Source: an archaeon (GTDB lineage: Archaea; Methanobacteriota_B; Thermococci; Methanofastidiosales; NM3). Taken from it: a stretch of DNA of 64,000 bases. The stretch spans positions 9,486 to 73,485 of the forward strand of contig RXIG01000015.1 of the NCBI GenBank assembly GCA_004212155.1. Direction: 5' to 3'. Each line of letters begins with the position of its first letter. Positions within the stretch are counted from its first letter, which is position 1. Positions 39,129-47,566 of the stretch are shown here, piece by piece. Under the pieces are notes generated by a model that was not told the DNA's origin, did not search any database, and saw only the letters and a list, made by a program, of their open reading frames with translations. The position numbers and the translations under genes were made by a program.

Positions 39129-39132
39129 ATCC

Positions 39133-40149
39133 ATGAATAAACGAAAGTTGATGGCAGGAGTGTTCCTGCTGTTGTGCATGCTTGCCGTCGATGTCAGCGC
39201 CCATGTTCCGCGGGAGAGCGCCGACAACACGAGCCTCGATACAGCATACCCTATCGAGGATCCGCTGAAGTCGTGGGTTTTCTATGATGACATAGCGCAT
39301 GTGGAACAAGTGCGCTACTACTCGTTCACGATGACCGCAGGACAGAGGATACGTGCTTCAGTATTTACACCCGATGGGGGTTCGTTCGCGCCTTGGCTAG
39401 TTGTCATGGGGCCTACGTTCGACATCTCAGGACCAGTGTTTCCCAATGTGGAGTTGCCGGATTCATACGGTGCGCTAGTCTACGAGGGATTCAAGCGGGG
39501 AGCGGAGTATGAACCGTTCACGCCTGGCGCCTATTATTACACTGCAGAAGCAGACATCGTCGTCTCCGGCAACGGCACATACTATATCGCTGTGGCATCC
39601 CAGGACGGCACAGGCCCCTTCGGGCTTGCACTCGGCTATGAGGAACGCTATATGCCCATCGAATGGGTGCGAGTCGCAACCGATGCAATAAGGATACGTA
39701 TCTGGGAAGGAAAGTCTCTTATAGAAATATTCTATCCTTATGTGGTTGCAGGCATTGTATTGTTTGGACTCGCCTGGAAGAAGATGCGTGAAAAAACTAA
39801 GACGATAAACGCCTTTATGGGCATAACGCTCATCGTTGCAGCGCTCTACTGTGGAAGCGGGCTAGCTGTGCTGCACCACTGCTTGGTGTCGGTGGCATTG
39901 GCGGGGGTGGGTCCGACCGTCGTTGTGACACTCATCTTTGCAGCACTCCCCCTCGTCCTTGGTAGAGCGGTATACCGCCTCGGATGGGGTCGTGCGTCCA
40001 CAAGTGTGGACAGGGCTGTTAGGGTAAAGCTTGCCCTCTATGGCGGATTGGGGCTGGTCGTATGGGCGGGATTGATCGCTGGACCGTTGATAGCGCTTGG
40101 AGGAAGCATGATGCCGCAGGGAGTACTTGTAACATCATCTATGTCATGA
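39133..40149 (+). CDS. Membrane protein with an exported N-terminal domain and C-terminal TM bundle; unknown family
   Basis: The signal peptide MNKRKLMAGVFLLLCMLAVDVSA is followed by HVPRES.., a ~190-aa domain, then 4-5 TM helices. Starts 5 nt after the MBL-rhodanese stop. Confidence 0.55.
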   Translation: MNKRKLMAGVFLLLCMLAVDVSAHVPRESADNTSLDTAYPIEDPLKSWVFYDDIAHVEQVRYYSFTMTAGQRIRASVFTPDGGSFAPWLVVMGPTFDISGPVFPNVELPDSYGALVYEGFKRGAEYEPFTPGAYYYTAEADIVVSGNGTYYIAVASQDGTGPFGLALGYEERYMPIEWVRVATDAIRIRIWEGKSLIEIFYPYVVAGIVLFGLAWKKMREKTKTINAFMGITLIVAALYCGSGLAVLHHCLVSVALAGVGPTVVVTLIFAALPLVLGRAVYRLGWGRASTSVDRAVRVKLALYGGLGLVVWAGLIAGPLIALGGSMMPQGVLVTSSMS

Positions 40150-40738
40150 ATCCATCGAGGGTGGCTGTCTCGTGGCTGCGCTCAACATTCATGGATGCAG
40201 ACTTCTCTGCCTTTTTGGGTATGGATTTCCTAAATAGCTCCAGATTTCGCCGTTTAGGCCTGAACTGACTGTCGTAATAGACGCTCCATAACGAAGCAAC
40301 CGAGGTATCGGTAATATCTCCCAGCCGCTCCTCAAAGAATCGAACAGTGGACTGAAGGGAATCGCCCCTGCACTTGAACAGGCCCCGGTCAGTATAGAGC
40401 GATATCCATGTCACATGGGGGTTGCCAAGTACGACGATAGTGTGTGGATACCGTCGTGCCAGGCGGTCGCAGACCATCTGTCCCACATCATGGTGGGGCC
40501 TTAAGTGCCCGTGAAGCACTACGTCTGACAACGGTGTGAGGCGAACGAATCCTGACATCCTGTGAAGCTCCAATCGTACGGATGACACCATGGCACGGAT
40601 CTTGGCGTCAATGCGTGTAGAAGCATGCTCAATCTCATATGGCGTCTTCTTACGCGCATGATTCATCAATGCTGGCGTCGCATTCTTATGACATGAAAGG
40701 TAGTCTAGGAAGTTGTTTGGCATGTTCATGATGTCCAC
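40139..40738 (-). CDS. DUF4130-like 'probable DNA metabolism protein' (partner of the DNA modification/repair radical SAM family)
   Basis: LELHRMSGFVRL..HGHLRPHHDV..YPHTIVVLGNP and C-terminal LWSVYYDSQFRPKRRNLELFRKSIP match my recollection of the family. Overlaps the radical SAM gene by 13 nt. Confidence 0.6.
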   Translation of the reverse strand: MDIMNMPNNFLDYLSCHKNATPALMNHARKKTPYEIEHASTRIDAKIRAMVSSVRLELHRMSGFVRLTPLSDVVLHGHLRPHHDVGQMVCDRLARRYPHTIVVLGNPHVTWISLYTDRGLFKCRGDSLQSTVRFFEERLGDITDTSVASLWSVYYDSQFRPKRRNLELFRKSIPKKAEKSASMNVERSHETATLDGFMT

Positions 40739-41949
40739 CTGTCAAGCGTACACTCGCCCCAACCATTGATGAGGAGGAATGGGGATGCATGTTTCATCCT
40801 TGCACCAAGGTAGTGGAGCTGTCTCCTGGAAACGATTGGTTGGGATACCCTTGCGCTGAGTATCCGAGAAGCTGTGATGGGACCAATGCCGGGAACATGG
40901 AGGAGATCCTCATACGTTGCGACGTTTGGGTCAACGGGTCTGTCCAGCACAAGGCGAGCAAGTTCGAATTTGGGGTCCCGATTCGTGAGCGCACCTTCAT
41001 CATCGAAGATGGCAAAGAGTTCCTCCAGGGGGAGCTTGTAGACGCGATAAAGCCAGTCGAGCTGGTAAAGGCGATGTTCTCTCCACCGTGGCTGCATCTT
41101 TTCATTTTCAAGCAAGGTGCCTTCCACGGGTGTGAATGCTGAGTAATAGACTCGCCGCACACTGTATCGCCTGTATTCCTTTATCGATGCACTAAAAATT
41201 TCATCATCGCGTTCATGTGCGCCACCGACGATCATCTGCGTCGTCTGTCCCGCTGGAAGAGGGATGTGCCGTTGTAGTGAGCAGATGTACCTTTGCCTGC
41301 GTAAGATGTCATTGACATAATCCTTGCTCGTAGATAGTTCGTCCATGCGTGAAGGAGAGACCGTCTCTATGTTTACGCTCACACGATCAGCAAGCTCAAG
41401 GCACTGTTTGATATGCTCCTTCGATGCACCCGGCAAGACCTTGAGGTGCACATATCCCTGAAACGCATATCGGGTGCGGAGGATGTGCACAGACTCGATC
41501 ATACCCTCCATTATATCATCGACATCCGAACCAATGCCAGAGCTAAGGAAGAGGCCTTCGATGTAGTTGCCGCGATACAACTGCACGGTAAGGCGGGCGA
41601 GTTCCTCGGGCGCATAGGCATAATCACCGGAGTGTGAAGCGCATGTCGAAGCGTTGGGGCAGTAACCGCACTCGTGAACGCAACTGTTGGTGTAGAGTGT
41701 TTTGAAAAGGCTCACGCAGCGCCCATCGTGTGAGAAGGAGTGGCATACGCCGCCGCTTGCAACATCACCTAACCGCTGGGTCCCCTTCGGAGTGCGCGAA
41801 CAAGCTGAAGACACGCATATGTCATGCTTTGACCCCTCACCCAGTGCCCGGACCTTCGCCATGTCATACACTCCCTCACTGCCCAGGGGGCCAAGTGTAT
41901 CGAAGCGGCTTTCGTTAGCCAAGTGCAGTATCTTATCGAGTGAAGTCAC
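40726..41949 (-). CDS. Putative DNA modification/repair radical SAM protein with C-terminal HhH
   Basis: KHDICVSSACSR..GGVCHSFSHDGRCVSLFKTLYTNSCVHECGYCPN (cluster motif) and a C-terminal helix-hairpin-helix LLHVPGIGPITASRIL. GTG start. Confidence 0.78.
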   Translation of the reverse strand: MTSLDKILHLANESRFDTLGPLGSEGVYDMAKVRALGEGSKHDICVSSACSRTPKGTQRLGDVASGGVCHSFSHDGRCVSLFKTLYTNSCVHECGYCPNASTCASHSGDYAYAPEELARLTVQLYRGNYIEGLFLSSGIGSDVDDIMEGMIESVHILRTRYAFQGYVHLKVLPGASKEHIKQCLELADRVSVNIETVSPSRMDELSTSKDYVNDILRRQRYICSLQRHIPLPAGQTTQMIVGGAHERDDEIFSASIKEYRRYSVRRVYYSAFTPVEGTLLENEKMQPRWREHRLYQLDWLYRVYKLPLEELFAIFDDEGALTNRDPKFELARLVLDRPVDPNVATYEDLLHVPGIGPITASRILSARVSQPIVSRRQLHYLGARMKHASPFLLINGWGECTLDRWTS

Positions 41950-42005
41950 ATAGGAAGTAGGGTATCCAGATTAATAATATTTGAGAGAGCAGCAGTAAGG
42001 TGAGA

Positions 42006-43448
42006 TCATGGATGCGTTTCCATGCGTTCTACGTAGCGTGACATGTCGAACTTGCGTTCAAGACCCCTGTCGTTCATGTAGCGCACCTTTCCGAAGACCG
42101 GGCGTTCCTTCCATGGGCGGTCATGATTACCAAAGCACCAGGCAAGCCCTGCATATCCGTTCGGATCACGCCCATCGAGCTCATATCGATTGTTGAGCTC
42201 AAGTGCCCTCGAATAGGCGTCGGCTGGCGTTTCGCTCCACTCGAGGATCTTTTTTCCCCAGTACATGCGCATATACCCGTGCATCTTGCCTGTGTTGACC
42301 ATTTCCTTCTGTGCTGCGTTCCAATACGAATCGTGCGTTCGGGCGTTTTCAAGCTCGTCGTAAGAGTATATATGTTCCCGTCTATCATCGGCATGGTCTT
42401 CAAGCGTTGCCCGGGCCCAGGAAGAGACGCCCATAAGCGTATCGTAGTTGGAGTTGTAATGCACATAGTTCATCGCAAGCTCTCTGCGTACGACAAGCTC
42501 CTCGAGGAACGCATCGGCCCCTTCTGTCTGGTGGCCCAACACCGTGCTTGCGACAGTGACAGGTGAGATCTGTCCAAAGTGCAAATAGGATGACAAGTGT
42601 GAAACGCTGTCCTCAGCAGGGTCGTTGCGAAGCGATGCGTAGGTTGGCAGCTTTTGTTCCACGAACTCTGATAAAAGACGCTGTGCCACGCTCGTACCCC
42701 CCTTGAACGTCGAGGATAGCTGTCGTGTTCTCGTCTTCGCAAGCGTTCTGAGAAGCAAGCGCCGGTCCTTTTGCAACAACCCCGTCTCATCACGTTCAGA
42801 CGATGTGATGGTGACCTCCTCGTGATGAGGTGCCACCAAGTATGTCAAGGCATGCTTCCATATCTTCGGTCGTATGGTGGCGGCAGAGTATTCCTCCTTC
42901 TGTGACGTAACACCCAGTGGTACCACGACGTTTGTCTCCACCATTACCATAGGGCATGTGACGGATGATGAGATTCGCTCCCTCCAGGCCTTGCCACTGC
43001 GAACATAGTCCGCATCGGTAACGAGAAGCGCGGCGTCCTCGGAGAGGGCTGTGACGATTCCTTCTGGTTCACCCTTGCGTACGATGAATCCGATACCGCG
43101 GTTGGCAAGAGAACGCTTCACCTCATCGATGCCTTCGAGCATGAACGCATAGTGAAGCCCTGTCGCGAAAGGGAGTGAAGGTATGATGCAAAATAGTACG
43201 AGGACTGGCAGACGCAAAGCGTTTGCAGAGATGACCGCATACTCAAGCGCGTGATTGTCCTCTGCGCGCTGCGATGCATGCATCCAGTAGAGCACATAGT
43301 CGCCGCCATGTCCTCCTCCTTGTGTTAGCAGGTGTATCCGTTCTGAGGCAAAGGGCAACTGTTCATCGGCAGGTACGTTGCTAATGAATTCCGCACCCCC
43401 CAATGTTATCTCGATGCCACCATAGCATGGTACTCCACTGGTAGACAT
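42006..43448 (-). CDS. phr: Deoxyribodipyrimidine photolyase, class II
   Basis: YVLYWMHASQRAEDNHALEYA..and C-terminal HGYMRMYWGKKILEW..NGYAGLAWCFG.HDRPW. The track start overlaps the upstream gene by 68 nt, while a TTG at 43358 would avoid this. Confidence 0.85.
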   Translation of the reverse strand: MSTSGVPCYGGIEITLGGAEFISNVPADEQLPFASERIHLLTQGGGHGGDYVLYWMHASQRAEDNHALEYAVISANALRLPVLVLFCIIPSLPFATGLHYAFMLEGIDEVKRSLANRGIGFIVRKGEPEGIVTALSEDAALLVTDADYVRSGKAWRERISSSVTCPMVMVETNVVVPLGVTSQKEEYSAATIRPKIWKHALTYLVAPHHEEVTITSSERDETGLLQKDRRLLLRTLAKTRTRQLSSTFKGGTSVAQRLLSEFVEQKLPTYASLRNDPAEDSVSHLSSYLHFGQISPVTVASTVLGHQTEGADAFLEELVVRRELAMNYVHYNSNYDTLMGVSSWARATLEDHADDRREHIYSYDELENARTHDSYWNAAQKEMVNTGKMHGYMRMYWGKKILEWSETPADAYSRALELNNRYELDGRDPNGYAGLAWCFGNHDRPWKERPVFGKVRYMNDRGLERKFDMSRYVERMETHP

Positions 43449-44244
43449 CGAGCACGTACGACCCTTCCTTCTTGTGCATCACCTCACTAAGGAACGTGGC
43501 TAGGCGGGAACGTCTTGTCTCATCTCTAGCAACGAACCTACCCGCCAAGTCATCGACCGCCTCGCCGACAGATCCATAGGTCATCTCCATCTCCATCTTC
43601 GTTACTTCCATATTTGGGTAGATGCCCATGCCATAAAGCACGTTGTAGAGGAGATTCGCCTTTGGCCCTGGAACATATGCGTTGCCGTGGATGCGCGGCC
43701 ACGCCTTGATGTACAGCTCATCCCACGACGTGAGACCTGAAAACCACAGAAGGTATACATAACCCGTTGATATGCCGACCATCTTTTTCAACGCAGAGCG
43801 AATGTCGTACATGCCAAGGGAGTATGATGCGATGACGACATCATAGCTGCCCTCGAGATCGGCATCAGCGTCCACGTCCTCCCATGTCTTTTGAATATAG
43901 TCGACATTTTCAACGTTCTCCTCCGCGATGTTGCCCTGGAGAAACTCGATCATGTAGGGCGCGGGTTCGATCGCCGTCACATGGGAAACAACACGAGACA
44001 AGGGTATGATTAGAGTCCCTGGGCCGGCACCTATGTCTAGCACCCTGCTCTCGGGGGATATGTCCATTGACTTCATGATCCTGCGCCCCTTGGCCCAATC
44101 ATTTCCTTTGATGCGTTCATTGAACTGTTCCACGCGTTCGCGTGAGCTCCAGTAAAGGTCGTTCTTGCCAATATGCTTTGAAGCGAGATGGCGCTCCATG
44201 GTCGTGTGCCAAACTTCGTTCCAATCGATCTCTTCAATTTTCAT
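43381..44244 (-). CDS. Class I SAM-dependent methyltransferase
   Basis: Motif I VLDIGAGPGTLIIPLS. 287 aa, first gene of the co-directional array with the photolyase. Confidence 0.75.
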   Translation of the reverse strand: MKIEEIDWNEVWHTTMERHLASKHIGKNDLYWSSRERVEQFNERIKGNDWAKGRRIMKSMDISPESRVLDIGAGPGTLIIPLSRVVSHVTAIEPAPYMIEFLQGNIAEENVENVDYIQKTWEDVDADADLEGSYDVVIASYSLGMYDIRSALKKMVGISTGYVYLLWFSGLTSWDELYIKAWPRIHGNAYVPGPKANLLYNVLYGMGIYPNMEVTKMEMEMTYGSVGEAVDDLAGRFVARDETRRSRLATFLSEVMHKKEGSYVLDVYQWSTMLWWHRDNIGGCGIH

Positions 44245-44585
44245 CGCATCTCACCCGGACATGTATCTGTACCGAGGGTATCTGTCCGACTGCATTCACC
44301 TTCCGCACAAGGAGGGTTGCCAGACAGACTGGCTCGTCGCTATGTGATACGCCTATGCACGAAATAGCGCGTTGAACTTATTATTAATTAGGTGCTTCGA
44401 CTTAAAGATATTCGGATATAAATCGATTCCATTTCGCCCAACAACCCCCCCGGTTGCTGGGAAACGCTGAGCGTCTGCCCGAATCGGGCATCGAAACAGG
44501 CAGAAATAGTGGCAGGAACATACGAATGCCTATGAAACAATGACAACGTGTCTCTACGATAGGGTCTCAGAAGAATAGTGAGGTA

Positions 44586-44673
44586 TGGTGCGGGGGATGG
44601 GATTTGAACCCACGAACCCCTACAAGACTAGGCCCTCAACCTAGCGCCTTTGACCAATCTCGGCAACCCCCGC
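44586..44673 (-). tRNA. tRNA-Leu (GAG), long variable arm, CCA encoded
   Basis: Acceptor GCGGGGG/CCCCCGC, D arm GCCGAGATTGGTCAAAGGC, anticodon arm CTAGG-TTGAGGG-CCTAG, T arm GTGGG-TTCAAAT-CCCAT. Confidence 0.9.
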
Positions 44674-44814
44674 ACGGCAATGTACCATGACACGAGCCGC
44701 ATCATCGTACACACGAGCCCACGAACGTGGACTGAGGTCTAACCAGTCTGGAGCATTGGGATTTATAAACGTTTCGGAATTTTTTTGTTGGCGCTTCCTC
44801 AAGCATGAGATCGC

Positions 44815-45972
44815 TCACGTCACTGCGTTTCGCAGGCTGAGACACGCATCGTGCTCTAGAGCCCTGCATGTGCGAATAGATTTTTGCAGCTCTTCGACGC
44901 GCTCGACGGTAAAGTGTTGCTCCACAGTCTGGGAGGCATCCCATATCGCTTCATCTATGGCCTCTGAGAGCCATTCGAGTTGTTTCAAGGCCTCGGGTCC
45001 TCGCTTTTCGAAGACGCGGGATTGTTCCTCTGTGAGCGAACGTACCTTGTATGCCGCATCCCAGTCCTCGGGAAGAGCTACGTTTGCTATATCAGACCAC
45101 ATCAATGCTGCCTCGTCAAAGTCTTCGGCAGCCTTGATCAGTGCATCATTGCAAACCCATTCATATGCCTCGCGCAGGAAGGAAGCATACATCTTTCTGA
45201 AGGCGCTGCCACCGGTGCCTGCCTGCTCGATATAGAGCATCGTATTGTAGAGGCACTCGAAAAGCGATTCTTCAGAAAACATGGCTGGCCACTTCGGTAT
45301 TGTCATTGCCCACTTCTCCATGCCTGCCAGGCCCAGATTCGATATCGGGGGGTCGAGCATTCCGTTCGCACATTCAAGGATGGACGCCTTCAACGCATCG
45401 ATCGTGATCCCCCACTCATCGGGCACTTCCAATTCGATCCACCTGTTACGGGCAGGAAACGGTGGTGCAGTCGATCCTCGCGCGGCACGCAGCTCGTCGA
45501 CCGTCAACGTGAACGGATACTCGCTCCTGTCGGCCACCTTCACCTCCTGCGTCTTTTCGTCAAGTGAGAAGACGGTCACCGTATGTTCCCCAAAGTGTGA
45601 TTTCGGGGGCATGTACATGTAGGGCAAATGGGCCATGTCGACATAGACGATGGTCGGTATGCCCTCCTCCAGCTGTGAGATGAGCGCGGCGTGTGCCTTC
45701 CTCTCGCTTGTCGTGTGCCGCACGGACGCAGAGGCGCCCACGCGCTCTGCAGCCTTGATAAAGAAATCGTCGCTTTTTGCTCCGCGGGTTCCGATGAACG
45801 GCGCGTTCATGTTCTTGGCATACCAGTAGATGAAGCCGATGCCACCGCCAAGCCCAAGGAGCATCTCTTCAGATGCGAAACAGCCGAAATGATGAAGTGT
45901 ATGGCGAAGTGAAGCAGTCTGGCAATGCTTGCCGCCAAGCGTTGTGAATCCGGGGATGTGCGTGGTCGTCAT
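44815..45972 (-). CDS. BtrH N-terminal (papain-like) domain plus DUF4872-like protein
   Basis: GKHCQTASLRHTLHHFG..EEMLLGLGGGIGFIYWY is the N-terminal signature as I recall it. Start taken at MTTTHIPGF (ATG at 45972). Confidence 0.55.
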   Translation of the reverse strand: MTTTHIPGFTTLGGKHCQTASLRHTLHHFGCFASEEMLLGLGGGIGFIYWYAKNMNAPFIGTRGAKSDDFFIKAAERVGASASVRHTTSERKAHAALISQLEEGIPTIVYVDMAHLPYMYMPPKSHFGEHTVTVFSLDEKTQEVKVADRSEYPFTLTVDELRAARGSTAPPFPARNRWIELEVPDEWGITIDALKASILECANGMLDPPISNLGLAGMEKWAMTIPKWPAMFSEESLFECLYNTMLYIEQAGTGGSAFRKMYASFLREAYEWVCNDALIKAAEDFDEAALMWSDIANVALPEDWDAAYKVRSLTEEQSRVFEKRGPEALKQLEWLSEAIDEAIWDASQTVEQHFTVERVEELQKSIRTCRALEHDACLSLRNAVT

Positions 45973-46019
45973 CGTCTGACACCACACTACCATGGAACAC
46001 ACGACATATAACTATTTTT

Positions 46020-46496
46020 TCACACAAAGGTCGCATTGACCCATGCACCCACAATATAGGTAACAAATATCACGACAACGGCGATAATGAGATGCTCTGC
46101 AATAACGCTCAACGCTGATTTGTTCTGGATGCGCGCGATGTAGAAGTTTGCAACGATGAGAAGGAAAAATCCCCATGCAACACTTATGATCACCGCGTTG
46201 CGAAGACAAAACGTCATGATGGGTATGACAAACGTAAGTGCGAACACGAACTTTGATAGGAATGTGGAAACAGTAGACTCCCACACATGCGTGTCGTCGT
46301 TAGCGCACTTGGACTCCTCGGAGATGTGGATGCCAAGGGAATCGGAGAATGCATCGGCTATCGCTATGGTGATTATGCCCCCTATGATGGCTGGTTCTGA
46401 CTTCGTACCTGCATACAATCCCATGACAAGCCCTAGAGTCGTGATGATGCCCGATGTCAGTCCAAAGCTGAACCCCGTCTTGAAGGAGTCCCTCAT
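46020..46496 (-). CDS. VIT1/CCC1-family membrane protein (membrane domain only)
   Basis: GLTSGIITTLGLVMGLYAG..IADAFSDSLGIHISEES, then three further TM helices. Confidence 0.6.
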   Translation of the reverse strand: MRDSFKTGFSFGLTSGIITTLGLVMGLYAGTKSEPAIIGGIITIAIADAFSDSLGIHISEESKCANDDTHVWESTVSTFLSKFVFALTFVIPIMTFCLRNAVIISVAWGFFLLIVANFYIARIQNKSALSVIAEHLIIAVVVIFVTYIVGAWVNATFV

Positions 46497-46528
46497 ATAT
46501 GTTACGAAAGCGGTCCAGTTTATTAATC

Positions 46529-47470
46529 TTATTGTGAATCGTTAGCGTCGCATGCCGCGTTAACCACGGCACGCATGTTCTCGATCGTGGTGTACGGAGG
46601 CACACCGCAAGCGGAACATACGACATCGACCCCATCGCAAATATTTCTGAGCGCCTCCATGTAAACATCTGTCGGTGACCCCATCAGCAGCGACCCCACC
46701 GTCTCCACGGACCCGACGAGTGCCATTCTGCCAGATAGAGCATCGTAGGCTTCACGTGTTGAGCAGGCAGGCGCCTCGAACGAGAACGCAGAAAAACCAG
46801 AATCGGGCATATAGGGCAATATGGGTTCTACGTTGCCACAAATATGGAGATATGATGGCACGTCGCGAATTGACCGTGAGAGCTTCCTATACCATGGCAT
46901 GACGTCGATGATGAGCGAGCGTGGAACGAGCAGGTCGCATGATGCAGTCGCCTCGGGCACGTAGATGCTGTCGGCGCCCATGCCGATGGCCTCCCTGCAG
47001 ATGTCGATGAGAAGATCTGTTGCAACGCCGATCGCATGGGAGAATCGCTCAGGGTCGCGCATCGAGAGATACAAGAGGTACTCGACACCCCACAGATTAC
47101 CTGCAAGCGTGACCGGTCCAGTGATCACACGGGTACATGCGACCATGTCGCCATGGCGCTCGACGATACGCTCAAAGCTCGAACGCACGATAGGGTTCCT
47201 GCCAGCATCGAGCGCCCCCTCCGGTATGGAACAGTCATAGGGGTCGACATCCTTCCATGGATACGTCTCCACGGCGGGATGACGGTCGATCGTGCCGATG
47301 TCGATCACCTCGTTGCCGGCGATCATGGTCGTCTCGGTGACGAGGTCGTTGTGGCTCACTATGCTGTCAAGACCCAGCACCTCGTATCGCGCACACTGCA
47401 GGGCACTCAGTGCGCGAGGGTCGTTGTGGCACTCGGGCCAGCTGACGCCGGCTTGTTCCATCAACGACAC
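46529..47470 (-). CDS. Uroporphyrinogen decarboxylase-family methyltransferase (MtaA/MtbA/CmuA-like); the true start may lie upstream, see findings
   Basis: GVSWPECHNDP.., LHICGN and SACGVPP are Zn-ligand contexts like MtaA. The first canonical start is the GTG at 47470, but family-like sequence continues upstream to 47566. Confidence 0.7.
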   Translation of the reverse strand: MSLMEQAGVSWPECHNDPRALSALQCARYEVLGLDSIVSHNDLVTETTMIAGNEVIDIGTIDRHPAVETYPWKDVDPYDCSIPEGALDAGRNPIVRSSFERIVERHGDMVACTRVITGPVTLAGNLWGVEYLLYLSMRDPERFSHAIGVATDLLIDICREAIGMGADSIYVPEATASCDLLVPRSLIIDVMPWYRKLSRSIRDVPSYLHICGNVEPILPYMPDSGFSAFSFEAPACSTREAYDALSGRMALVGSVETVGSLLMGSPTDVYMEALRNICDGVDVVCSACGVPPYTTIENMRAVVNAACDANDSQ

Positions 47471-47566
47471 GACGAAGGTTGAAAGAAGGGTCGCAGAGGG
47501 ACGGTCTGTACGCCCCCCCGTCAGTGCTGAAAGATGTCGGCGCTTCGGGGTGATGCACAGACCTCC

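Noticed and set aside
42006-43448. The 68-nt overlap between the methyltransferase and the photolyase, considered as evidence of a frameshift or fusion
   Set aside because: The two genes are in different frames, each with a complete domain set. An in-frame TTG at 43358 gives a photolyase N-terminus of normal length (..ERIHLLTQ..YVLYWM) without any overlap, so a mis-called start is the simpler explanation.
44245-44585. 340-nt non-coding stretch next to tRNA-Leu with small hairpins (gcccgaatcgggc; tctgcc..ggcaga), considered as an ncRNA or an integration scar
   Set aside because: I found no C/D or H/ACA boxes and no duplicated tRNA 3' segment (att-like repeat). There is no integrase nearby, and the hairpins are short and unsupported by any covariation I can assess.
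44755-44768. Palindromic tttataaa box between the BtrH-like gene and tRNA-Leu, considered as the tRNA-Leu promoter
   Set aside because: It lies about 88 nt upstream of the tRNA 5' end, much farther than the ~30 nt seen for the other tRNAs. The tRNA may instead be co-transcribed with the upstream array. This is left unresolved and not called as a feature.
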